A stretch of 64,000 bases of DNA from Phoronis australis (taxonomy: Eukaryota; Animalia; Phoronida), in assembly GCA_002633005.1 (NCBI GenBank), contig NMRA01000328.1, positions 256,134 through 320,133 of the forward strand, written 5' to 3'. The position numbers and the translations under genes are program-made. The notes under the pieces are model-generated. The model was not told the origin of the DNA and ran no database searches. It saw nothing but the letters and a program-made list of their open reading frames with translations. Shown piece after piece: positions 13,701 to 23,219 of the stretch (within the stretch, counting starts at the first letter, position 1; every line of letters begins with the position of its first letter).

Positions 13701-16700
13701 TTGTCACAAAGTGTATGTTGTGTGAACTAGGGCAAGTTGTTCTATGACAACTTGTAGTGTGGACAAAACTTATGACTGCTGTGAAGTTCTCTACAGGCTG
13801 GAGCTCTTGGACCAGAAAGTCACAAAGCAATTTTTAAAATTACAATGCACATGTTTTACTGGTTCAACAGATTGCTTTTTTAACTGGTCTTGTTAATGAA
13901 ATATTTCAACCAAACATTTTTCAGTTCAGTCACAACCAGACCAAAATATTCAGTGATCTCGACAGTGACGGCTGCAACATGAGCCTTTCAAGTTGTTCCA
14001 AAACTAGTTTGTTCTACGATGATCATTTTATCACAAGAATTACTGGAAACAGACCGATTAACAGAGGAAGTGATGAAAATAATTTAAGCATATTAGACAT
14101 AATCCGGTATGTTATAAATGATTGATAGACAATTATCTGCAATACGGTAAAATCTCACAAATTCAGAACTCAATATGATAAACAAGTCAAATTTCATCAA
14201 TAATAAATAACATGAAAATAATTATGCTTTACCAGCCTCAAGTTCTAAACCGTAGCACCAGACAATTATTTTAAACAATTGTGGACTTTCACAACAATGA
14301 TAGAAGCCTTTGAATATTGAAAAAGTGCAATAACGGAATTCAGTTTTGTCCGAAACTGGTGAGTTATTATCGTGGTTTAAAAATAAGGTGCCTACTTTGT
14401 ATTGCCCATTGCCCAACTCGGTTAATGGCCCTCCATTAGCACTATACCATATTATTTGTAGTTTGTAACACACTAATAAGGTATCGAATTATATGCAGAG
14501 AAATTGTTCCAAAAACATCGCCACAAAAATATGAAATATTTACATCATGTCACAAAGCAAAAAATCAAGAATTGATTTTCAATTAAGTAATGCGGTTGCT
14601 CTCTGTTGCATATGGATAACTATGCTACTGAGCTCGAGTTCAGGGCAATATACCTTATAACATCATGTATTTATAATGCACATGTTGCTTTTAGGTTCAT
14701 ATGTGAATCCAGCACTGTACAATGTAGGCAAACACACAGAGGGGGGCCTGGTCCCACTGTCGGTCATCTTTCCATTCTAGTAATGAAAGAATCTCAAACC
14801 ACCACTACACAATCATCTCCTGGACAAAATCATGGATCCACGGCTACGTTGGCATATACTATACAGTAAAATCATGGATCCACGGCTACATTGACATATA
14901 CTATACTGTAACATCATGGATCCACAGCTACGTTGGCATATACTATACTGTAACATCATGGATCCACGGCTACATTGACATATACTATACTGTAACATCA
15001 TGGATCCACGGCTAAATTGACATATACTATACTGTAACATCATGGATCCACGGCTACATTGANCCAGTCGGCCATCCCGTTTACCATCAACAATCCCAGT
15101 AGCCTTTGCGCACCCTAATTTCCGGACATGCGCAATCGTTAAATCGATTCAGTTGCAACTCCGCTATTGGCATATACTATACTGTAACTTCATGGATCCA
15201 CGGCTACATCGACATATATTATACTGTAACATCACAACCCATGCAATTTTATAAGTAACACTGAATTTCCTAATGCTAAAAAGTACAAAATCATAGACCC
15301 CTCAAAATAATTGTTTTTGAAAGTGAAATTCTAAAGAAAAAAACAATTAAAATAACAGTACAAACACAAAATTTTCATTCTTACAAAATTCTGATGCTTT
15401 TTCTACCAATAACTTGAAAGTGCTACTTACAGTTGCACAAGTGATGAATAATAAAGACGATAAAGTTTAATGGTCTTCTCGTCTACTTTATGATGACAGG
15501 AACGATACTGGAGAGAGAGAACATGACAACTAGATTTAGTCATATTACCAGTAATGTTGAACATATAGCTTCAGTCATATTACATGTAATATTTAATAAT
15601 AATAATTATTATAATAATAATAAACTTTATTTATAGAGGATAAATACAATAGATATAAAACATGCTTTAGCCAAAGACTAATATACATCAGGGTCCTTAA
15701 CACATATGGTGCTTGATTTGGTGACCTGCAACTCACCATTGCGAGCACTCAGATTGTGTTTGGCGACCTGGGAAACATCCCAAGTCGCAACAAAGTCGCC
15801 ACTGCAAGTATCAAAGTCAGCTGAGAATTTCCACCAAATTTGTTTAAAAGTTTGTGTTGACTTGCAAACTGTAAATGACTAACAGTTTTCTTAGAAGTAA
15901 TACCTTTGGTCCACAAATGTTTCGTTTATTTCATTAAATCAGTGGATTTGCCACCACAGCAGTCAGCACACATCAAGCAGGCACTTAACTTAGGAAGTAA
16001 ACAGACGGAAGTTGGAATTGTTCGTCAAAAATCTAGCAAGATCGGTGAAGTACGTGCATGTGATCATCTGCGTTCCTTGTTCGTTCGTTGGCAGAAGGAA
16101 TTAAGTAAAAGAATGAATGTACAGTAACGGGGAGAATTTGGAGAGGTACTCGTAAGATACTGCCGGTTACATTACAACCTTTTTTAGGCGGACAAATTTT
16201 ACGATGAGCTGGCAACCCTGGATTTGATTAAGCAATCTGGCATTTTCATTTGAAACGATCTCAGATTTCCAAATGCAACTTGATATTAGGCTAAGTGTTG
16301 AGTGCCAATATAGCATTAGTCATCTTACCAGAACATAGCATTAGTAGTATTAACAGTTTTATTGAACACCTAGCTTTAATCATATTACCAGTAATGCTGA
16401 ACATGTACCTATAGTCATATTACCAGTATTACTGAACACATACCGTATTCGCCGTAATAACCGCCAAGGGCGCTTAGAAAAGTTCGGTTCAAGGGGGGCG
16501 CTTATTATAACCCAAGGCGGTTTGAAACCCGGTCTCCGAAACGGGTGAAATCGGAAGCTAAGATTTATCAAATTTACACTCTGTGACGTATCTGTAATCT
16601 ATGAAAGACTTTCAACAAAACTGTGGTGCATTGCTATCAAACTTTGCTACTTAATTACGACCATTTTACAGAAAATTGTGCTGAAATCCCAGGGCGAAAA

Positions 16701-19700
16701 CTCACCGACTGACTGCCTCGAAATCGCCGTCTTCGATATGGCGACTTCAATGCTTGAATAAAAATAGTTTCGACTCAAGCAAGTTACCTGAAATCTTCAT
16801 TAGTTTTCTAACGTCTCTAAGATTTTTTTAAGTTCCCGTGGAGTCTGGATTAACGGCAGGTTTAAGTACAAATCTGTGCAACATCGTGCCATCTACATGT
16901 ATGATCGGCAACACGGCGAGAAAAATGTCTGGACGAACACACATGTTGTTGTCACGTGACGTTTGTTTTGAAGTTCGTCTGCATTTGTGAGTAAGCGAGC
17001 GCGTGCGTGTCACCAGAGTTCATTTGTCAAAGCAGAGACCGTCTTTTGGCCAGAGCCACGCAATCTAATGAGCTAGATGTGCATTGATTGTGTCTAAAGA
17101 AATTTGCACAAGCAGTAGACCTAAACCAGAGCGTGTTTCATTCAGCACTTGCCGGTCTCATGTGCTAAAAACGTTCGACATTTGTCTCGGTAAGGCTCAT
17201 ATTAGTTGCCGTGTAGCTGGATGCGTACGTACATGTAACTATCTTACAGATATTTTTCGGTGTAAGCATTCACTGTCAGTTGTCATTTTATCGGATATTC
17301 GGCTTAAGAACACCAATTAAGGTTAATAAAACAATCTATATCCTAAATAACACAAACATGTTTTATAGTATTAGAAATTGTCGGAAATTAGTGCGAATAT
17401 TCATTTCTTACAGATGCTATGCTACCCGTTTCATGAATGGATAGTTCCCAAGTAATGTCTTTGTGACAGGTTCATATATGTAGCGCGCGCTTCCCGGCCA
17501 CGTGCGTTTAACACAGAGTTATTTTTATTCGTGAGACAGTCGATGTGTCTGTACTGAAAGGTCAGACCATAGTAGGACATGGTCGTCGCAAGAGTAACAA
17601 TGCTGTTGCGTTCTAATTGAAGCGCTGCGTTACTTTGATGTGTATAGTCACGGCTAAATACAAACGTAGCAGTGCCGCTGGTGGTCTAGAAGACCCATGC
17701 AAAAATTTTTTTGATAAATTGAAGACGTTACTGTAGCCGAGTTTTAGGACTGTAGGTACGTCATTGTTCGCACGTACACGTTCATGGACTAGGCGCTTAC
17801 CGTATTTCAGCAAAGTCTGAAAACGCGTGGGGGGGCGCTTATAGGGGCATGGGCGGTTATTAGGGTGAATACGGTAGTTGTAGCCTTACCAGTATTCTTC
17901 AGGCATTAACAAACATTTGTCATCACACAATAAAGCACAAGATATGTTAATATTTCTAATAATTTAACTAAAAAAGTAATAACCTTTATCATTTTTATCA
18001 AACAGAACATTGGACATAAAATATTGAATCTACGCTGACATCAAAATTCGTTAGTTTAGCCAACTTACATGAACTGCATCTTCTATAAAGACCACTGCCT
18101 GAAGAATAGTTGTGTCTTCTGAAAATGAGATGACTTGTAAAATATTCACAATCATGAGCTACCAACAGAGACATCTTGAGACTTAACTGTAAAACACTGG
18201 CAAATTTTGAACTTAACATAAATACACTTACACTTACTTTAACTTTGTAAAAAGTCAGAAATGTGGAATATGCAAAAAAGTATTGCAGAATGAGCTCATT
18301 TAAGCCATGAGATGAAAAAATTAAAAGTTGTAACTATACCAGCAGCTCACCTTTGATATCACCATGGAAACATAAAGAAAGCAATGCATCCACAAATGTA
18401 TATAAAACGCTGAAAAAAATATTTTATTGTTGTGACTTACTAAAAACTTGCATTGAACTATAGACCGGCAGCCCAGAGCATTTAGCACAGATGAACAAGG
18501 TACCAACATCTGACCAGAGGAGCACTTAGAGTCCACCTCAGTATATATGGAAATGGGGGTCCTTTTTCGATTTCTGCGAAACCCTTTCCAAAGTGCAATT
18601 TGTCTGTCATGGGTCATTCGGTGTTCACTGCTGTACTATCTAATCTAGCTCAAATTTTCAATGGCATACCGTGGTTGACATTTTTTCTGGATTTCTGGCA
18701 AGCACAACCCATGGTGCATTTTGTCTATCGTGGGGCATTTAGTTATCAGTGATATGTATTGAATAACACTGAATTGTTTTTTGTGGTACCTCAAACGTAT
18801 AAGCTAGGTCATATTTGGGGGAGTTCAGTGTGGCCCTATAGTCCGTTTTAAATCAGTTTTTGCCGGTACCTCTAATATCTAATCTAGCTCATTTTTGGCC
18901 CCCTTGTAAGGTCCCCAGGGTCACACCCCAAGTGCAGGCAATGGCAGAAGTTCATTTCCATATATACTGAGGTTGACTCCAAGTGCTCCTATGGTCAGAT
19001 GTTGATACCTCGTTCATCTATGCTAATTGCTGCAGGCTGCCGGTCTACTATCATGTTTTGTAAAGCTTGCGATGCATAAAAACAGCAATGACTGACCAGG
19101 CTAAGAAATTGTCGATAAAGTGCAGTGATGCAGGTAGAAATGGCATCTTATCTGGAAATGTCTCAAAATAGGAAAGAGAATGCTTTATACGATGTAAGTC
19201 TAATACATCATTCACTCACATTTTATACTCACTGATGTGTTCATCAGTGAGGTTTCGCACACTTAAAAACAAAAATCGACTTATTTTGTTGACAGTGTTA
19301 TAACTTTGATAGTATCTTGACTAATAAACACCATTCTGAATTTTTCCATCGACCTGCATTCGATATTCGTAGTTGCCATGTGGATTTTCCATAATACTTT
19401 GAAAAATTTGTTGAGTGAATAATAAAAATCAGATAATTTGTCTGAAAAGGTGTCAGATTCCAACATCGGCCAATGTCAAGAGTGAGAACCAAGATAATGC
19501 AATTGGTTTTCCATGATTATGGAAATGGACAGATTTCACATTGCCTGCCTTCAAAGTTCTTTCACGGAATAGGATATAATATTTGTAGCCGGTATATCTG
19601 CTAGTCTGCTAGACAGTGACCACCGTCTCTAGTTGAACTACAGATGGTGAAGCTCCTATAGGCGCTTCACGCGCCAGAAGCTTTTTGGCGAATTATGCAA

Positions 19701-20608
19701 TTAAGCCAATTTATTTTATAAGATATGTAGCAGACTAGTAGACAGTGACCACCATCTCTAGTTGGCCAGTACAGACGGTGAAGCTCCAATAGGAAGCTTT
19801 TTGACAAATTATGCCTCACACTGATTAAAACATCAAAGTCGCGTTGTTATACGCACTTTTTTTCACATAACGGGACACCCTGGCTTTAAGGCCATTGAAG
19901 TCTTTCATTCCTTCGATCTCGAACAAATACTCCCTTAATCAAACTTTTTCTTTGAGCATTCCTTCATTCAGCTGCCCAAATCAGCAACTGACCATTTTTA
20001 ACACTGCGAGTCATATCCCCTAGTATGCACTGTATAAAAATGGAGTTTCCGATTTTTGGAACTGAATGAAGAAAGTTTTGATTACGGGAGTACTTTTTAG
20101 AGTTTGGAAGGAATTAAAGACGTCGATGGCGGCTTAGCCTAAGGTAACCCTCTTTACTATGCGCAAAAGGTAATAATAACAACGTGACTTTGATGTTTTA
20201 ATCAGTACGAGGCATAATTCGCCAAACAGCTTCCAGCGATGAAGCTAGAGAAGATAGTCACTGTCTAGTGTGCTACATATTTAAAAGAATAGAAGATAAA
20301 TAGACTTATTTCAATATTTGGTAAACATGTGAAAAGTGCCCGCCTTTTCCTTTACCTGTGATGCTCAACTCATAATCATCAGGTTCGTCATCTGTATAAA
20401 GTCCGTGAGAAGACGATGATAAATCGCTGTTGCGAAGAGGCCCATTAATAGACCCGAACGTATTGTGTCTGTGGCTGTCAGTGTCATACCGACCAGACGA
20501 ACTTGCGGACGAAGTTGCTTGATTAACAAAATTTCTGCTAAAACTGGAACTTTTAAAACTTTCGTGTTCCCCATTACGTCTTGCTAATAAGGAAGACCGT
20601 TCTTCCAT
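1694..20608 (-). CDS. TPCN2: Two-pore calcium/sodium channel TPC2, spliced, 3'-partial (exons 20356-20608, 18069-18118, 15431-15507, 13187-13373, 11241-11357, 8348-8454, 6158-6230, 5111-5170, 1694-1784)
   Basis: All introns are GT-AG and the phases join into one frame: MEERSSLL...QAVVFIEDAVHYRSCHHKVD...LAFFERPSS...PPCGLTESIELLCL...RVRRMLRPFFIIQNSSLMKKT...GMLLFP...SLLVLLTTANNPD. These motifs match what I recall of vertebrate TPC2 (QAVVFIEDA, RPFFLLQNSSMMKKT, LLTTANNPD). Confidence 0.93.
2356..3851 (+). mobile_element. Kolobok-type DNA transposon, internally deleted, with THAP-domain transposase pseudogene
   Basis: TTAA on both sides (2352-2355, 3852-3855), AGG...CCT termini, about 160-bp imperfect TIRs. 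THAP MPHCCCVPGC...HRFPKD...W...VCDKHF...GAIP has a frameshift and a stop, followed by FIV..SKVLELF..C..C..G..C..GH..W.S. Confidence 0.85.
3017..5011. repeat. Apparent 1-kb tandem duplication (3017-4010 / 4012-5011) joined by a single N; likely allelic overlap
   Basis: Copies differ at about 2% of sites plus a 6-bp indel; the breakpoint is exactly N4011. Confidence 0.9.
5111..5170 (-). CDS. TPCN2: Putative TPC2 exon 8 (luminal loop VNGTDYNSSGDIVPFQNVSN)
   Basis: T-rich TTTTAG acceptor, GTAAGT donor, 60 nt, open in phase 0-0 between exons 7 and 9. There is no homology support, so confidence is lower. Confidence 0.7.
6158..6230 (-). CDS. TPCN2: TPC2 exon 7 (IS5; SVLLLLALHIYFFTLLGMLLFPKAK)
   Basis: TTTTCAG acceptor, AAG|GTAAAT donor, 73 nt, phase 2 to 0. 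Confidence 0.92.
6622..7873. mobile_element. Non-autonomous TIR element (CAG termini, near 5-bp TSD) with subterminal 15-16-bp repeats at about 7620-7745
   Basis: CAGTGTTTCC...GGAAACCCTG; flanks CAAAT/CAAAC. Confidence 0.55.
8348..8454 (-). CDS. TPCN2: TPC2 exon 6 (IS4 and S4-S5 linker)
   Basis: VVRVRRMLRPFFIIQNSSLMKKTINCLRRTIPQVV; TTCCAG acceptor, AG|GTATAC donor, 107 nt. Confidence 0.94.
9754..9870 (-). CDS. TPCN2: Second copy of TPC2 exon 5 (probably the other allele; Gly to Ser difference)
   Basis: Identical to 11241-11357 except GGT/AGT; lies in the duplication joined at N10009. Confidence 0.6.
11033..11282. repeat. 60-62-bp tandem repeat built from the 3' end of TPC2 exon 5 plus its splice donor (4 units; 3 units in the other copy at 9611-9795)
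   Basis: Unit TACCTCACCACAGCCATAACTGAGCGTTACACACCAGTCCACAATATAACAAACACAGT; minus-strand GAG|GT at 11240, 11178, 11118 and 11056. Confidence 0.95.
11241..11357 (-). CDS. TPCN2: TPC2 exon 5 (IS3; GYFIG...PWLLGY...VDW...GCGE)
   Basis: TTTTACAG acceptor, GAG|GTACGG donor, 117 nt, phase 0-0. Confidence 0.88.
11465..12626. mobile_element. Non-autonomous TIR element, 5-bp TSD TTAAA
   Basis: CAGGGTGTTCCATGGAAATTGGAA...TTCCAATTTCAATGGAACACCTTG, with imperfect inverted similarity for about 100 bp. Confidence 0.8.
13187..13373 (-). CDS. TPCN2: TPC2 exon 4 (IS1-IS2)
   Basis: TTCCAG acceptor, AAG|GTTTGT donor, 187 nt; LAFFERPSS, DIRY and PPCGLTESIE motifs. Confidence 0.93.
13450..13765. mobile_element. 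MITE remnant with GTCCACACTA/TAGTGTGGAC inverted ends (Harbinger-like)
   Basis: Inverted terminal motif plus internal inverted segments; TSD not resolved. Confidence 0.45.
14831..15233. repeat. 42-bp minisatellite (about 7 units) interrupted by N15063 and about 100 bp of unrelated sequence
   Basis: Unit CATGGATCCACGGCTACATTGACATATACTATACTGTAACAT. Confidence 0.95.
15431..15507 (-). CDS. TPCN2: TPC2 exon 3 (YRSCHHKVDEKTIKLYRLYYSSLVQL)
   Basis: (TC)n-CAG acceptor, GTAAGT donor, 77 nt, phase 0 to 2. Confidence 0.9.
16443..17874. mobile_element. Non-autonomous Tc1/mariner-pogo-type element, TA TSD
   Basis: TA|CCGTATTCGCCGTAATAACCGCC...GGCGGTTATTAGGGTGAATACGG|TA; inserted into a short 35-bp repeat that resumes on the other side. 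Confidence 0.85.
18069..18118 (-). CDS. TPCN2: TPC2 exon 2 (EDTTILQAVVFIEDAVH)
   Basis: TTTTCAG acceptor, GTAAGT donor, 50 nt, conserved QAVVFIEDA motif; not in the supplied ORF track in this frame. Confidence 0.92.
18459..19050. mobile_element. MITE with about 100-bp TIRs
   Basis: TAGACCGGCAGCC...CAGTATATATGGAAATG and its reverse complement at 18953-19050. Confidence 0.8.
19721..20282. mobile_element. Foldback MITE (Kolobok-like AG termini), with a partial extra left arm at about 19595-19700
   Basis: AGATATGTAGCA...TGCTACATAT; degenerate inverted arms of more than 200 bp; terminus resembles that of 30681-31445. Confidence 0.7.
20356..20608 (-). CDS. TPCN2: TPC2 coding exon 1 (cytosolic N-terminus with ExxxLL dileucine motif)
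   Basis: ATG at 20608, 253 nt, ends ACAG|GTAAAG in phase 1, matching exon 2. ERSSLL fits the [DE]xxxL[LI] lysosomal sorting motif. Confidence 0.85.
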
Positions 20609-21199
20609 AGTTTTTACAGTACAATGTCATTGAAACTTGTTTGAACTGGAAGTGTGATCATTAACAACATGACAATCTTAATCCAAAAACCTCGACTGAA
20701 ACTGTTTTCTCAAGTGGCGAAAGACACATAAATAGCAAAACAAAATCACAAATTTTATGTCTTGTGGATTGATATTTATCAGTTAAAAGCATATAAACTT
20801 TTTAAAATATTAATTTTAAATTTAAAATATTAAATATATAAAAATACTTGTAATTTAGATCAACATTAGGTATTATATTTAAAAGTATAACAGTAGTTTT
20901 AGTTCATCAAATACAAGTCATGTGACTTCTCTGCAGCACCTGTCATTTCAAAAGTGACCACTAGAGGCGGGCATTTTCATTACAATGAACTTTTTTGCAA
21001 TTTGTATGGAAAATTGGACCTGTAATTTAAGTTAAAAGATATATAAGCTAAACTTTGTAAAAGGAAAATTTTAATTTTATTATATCTAAAGAAATTTACG
21101 TCCAAAATTGTCATTTTTGTAAAATAATTAGATTTTAATTTTAAACTTGCTCAAAGTAACGGCGTTTCTGAATAACCACCTTGTCGAACTTCCGATGGT

Positions 21200-21390
21200 A
21201 TCGCTTCTCGGCCTTTTGGCTAAGATCAAAGTGTAGTATCTGTTCTTATCAGCTTAATATCTGATACGTCCCCCATTGGGGGACTTCGATATTAAACTGA
21301 TTTTTGGAACTGGGCGAAGTGTCAGGGGCTTGCTCCGCCTTTGCCACGGGTTGGCCTGGTATTGCAGTACCTCCAGGATCGGCCCACTCC
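21200..21390 (+). ncRNA. RNU2: U2 spliceosomal snRNA, full length
   Basis: 5' ATCGCTTCTCGGCCTTTTGGCTAAGATCA, branch-site pairing GTGTAGTA, stem IIa TATCAG/CTGATA, stem IIb GTCCCCC/GGGGGAC, Sm site ATTTTTG, stem IV loop ATTGCAGTAC. Confidence 0.98.
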
Positions 21391-21503
21391 CCTCTGGGGA
21401 GTAATAATGAAACAAAGGAATGAACGAACACTTACAATAAGCTAGTTGCTCCTCGTTCTCTGCTTGGTAGTAACTTATTCGGAATGTGGTGAATACTTAT
21501 GGG

Positions 21504-21567
21504 CCGTGGAAAGAGCAAAAGTAGCAAAATCAAACCGTGGAAAGAGCAAAAGTAGCAAAATCAAACC
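21504..21567. repeat. 31-bp tandem duplication downstream of U2
   Basis: CCGTGGAAAGAGCAAAAGTAGCAAAATCAAA twice. Confidence 0.9.
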
Positions 21568-21867
21568 TAATTCCCAAAGTAAGTAAAATATTTATTTTAC
21601 ATCGGTGCAGAAGAATGCAAAACAAGAAAAACTTTAGCACAAGTGCTAGTCACATGAGTATATACAAAGATGTAGCAGATGAGATATGAACAATGAAACA
21701 TATACAATGACATTGATATCTTACTTCACTCATCAAATGCCATAATTACATGAAGGGCAACTCTGACAGGTAGGCCTACATTCCCGTTTCAAAAAAATTG
21801 ACAGTCTACTGCTGAAAGTGACTAGGCCTACATCAGTACAGCAGCTAACGTTGTTCGTCAACTGATC

Positions 21868-22326
21868 CAGGGGCGGATCCAGGATTTTTAGTTAGGGGGT
21901 GGGGGGGGGGCAGGGCAGAGTACTAGCTAGGATTTTGCCCGTCAGACATTCACACACCCTCGAATTGCCAAATGGAATCTAGGAGAGTTCTAGGGGGCCA
22001 TGGTCTCCTTCAGTGGCGGATTTAGGGGGGGGGCAAGGGGGCCATGGCCCCCTAAAATTCTACCAGATACCATTTGGTAGTTTGTGTGTGAACTGCTGAC
22101 TCACACATGCGCGCACTAACCAGGGAGTGAATAAACGATGCATAGGCCATGAAGAAACCCGTTCAACACGCACCGTTCTCTTTTTTAGTCAACAGGTCCG
22201 CGAACATAAAATTCGAGGCCCTGCATCCCCACATGTGAGGCTAGGCTCGCGCATCTGCCGAAAGTCTGGTTATTCCTGTGCCCTGCCCTCCCCCCCGCCC
22301 AACTCAAAATCCTAGTATTCGCCCCT
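21868..22326. mobile_element. Two nested or adjacent CAG(G/T)GGCGGAT-family MITE remnants
   Basis: CAGGGGCGGATCC at 21868, CAGTGGCGGATTT at 22011, degenerate right end ATTCGCCCCT; same terminal motif as 27459 and 36512. Confidence 0.6.
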
Positions 22327-22599
22327 CCCCCGCCGGGCTTGGTCCCCCTCAATTAAGATAAGGGACAATAGTTAAAAAAGGGCCAATCATCCGATTAGGA
22401 AAATCAGACCTAATTCGTAAAAACCAAACGTAATTCGTAAAAATCAATCGTGATTTTACATAATGCCTTAATTGGTACAGGCTTCAGCCACATAACGTAA
22501 GCGTGACGGCAAGCAGGTGAAGGTACCGTCTAGTAGTGACATCTTGTGTCGTCTATTGAAATGTTCGCTACAAGTTTTTATTCATGTTCAGGGAAGTGT

Positions 22600-22718
22600 T
22601 TATAACCAACATGGCGCTGCTCGAAGGACTTATGACACGAGTCCTTCAGTAGGCAACCGACTTTTTAGACATCTTTCCATTGACGGTATTTGCATTTACA
22701 AATCTGATATGCCCAAGC
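22600..22718 (+). other. Candidate 5' (probably non-coding) first exon of the ECE-like gene
   Basis: AACATGGCG (YY1-type motif common near TSSs) and a GTAAGT donor at 22719. The exon at 50178 begins at an acceptor, so an upstream exon is expected. Start coordinate approximate. Confidence 0.4.
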
Positions 22719-23097
22719 GTAAGTACTTGTTCTATTGTAACCGGAAATTTGATGCAGTTTACGACAATGTTTGCAAGTATATGTGTTATTAACATATTGT
22801 TAGGCTAGAATTAGTTGGCCTTCCCTTGTCGGATCTTATCCAGTTGTCGGCTTAGCGCTGGCAAAATCAGGGACCGCTGTATCCGAACGGTGCCTCATTA
22901 AAAGAGGTCAGCAGTCAGTCAGTGGTGAATCTCAATGCTCAAAATGTCAGAACTCCAACCCTCAATCAGGAACAGGAGTAAGCAGTGTCGGATTTCCGTA
23001 TTAAGCCAACTGAGCTGCAGCTGCTGCCACTGCCACTGGTCAGATAGTGTACACTGCCACAATCTCTACTTAAATTTACTTAGCAGTAGAGACGGTG

Positions 23098-23219
23098 GGC
23101 ACTAGTCGGATATAGCGATCACTGATTTTGAGAACCAGTTTCATCCACTGAATAACGGGCGCGTTATTCAGTGATTGCCTGGTTCTCTAAACCAGGGACC
23201 GCTATATCCGACCAGTGCC
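23098..23219. mobile_element. 122-bp foldback MITE with perfect 9-bp TSD (Mutator/MULE type)
   Basis: GAGACGGTG at 23089-23097 and 23220-23228; the element is almost entirely one inverted repeat. Confidence 0.9.

Noticed and set aside
14813-15043. ORF with a 14-aa repeat (MMLQYSICQCSRGS)
   Set aside because: It is only the translation of the 42-bp minisatellite inside a TPC2 intron.
9611-15233. Short repeat arrays resembling CRISPR
   Set aside because: Units are contiguous with no unique spacers, the context is eukaryotic, and no cas genes are present.
21249-21431. 60-aa minus-strand ORF
   Set aside because: It is the antisense reading of U2 snRNA.
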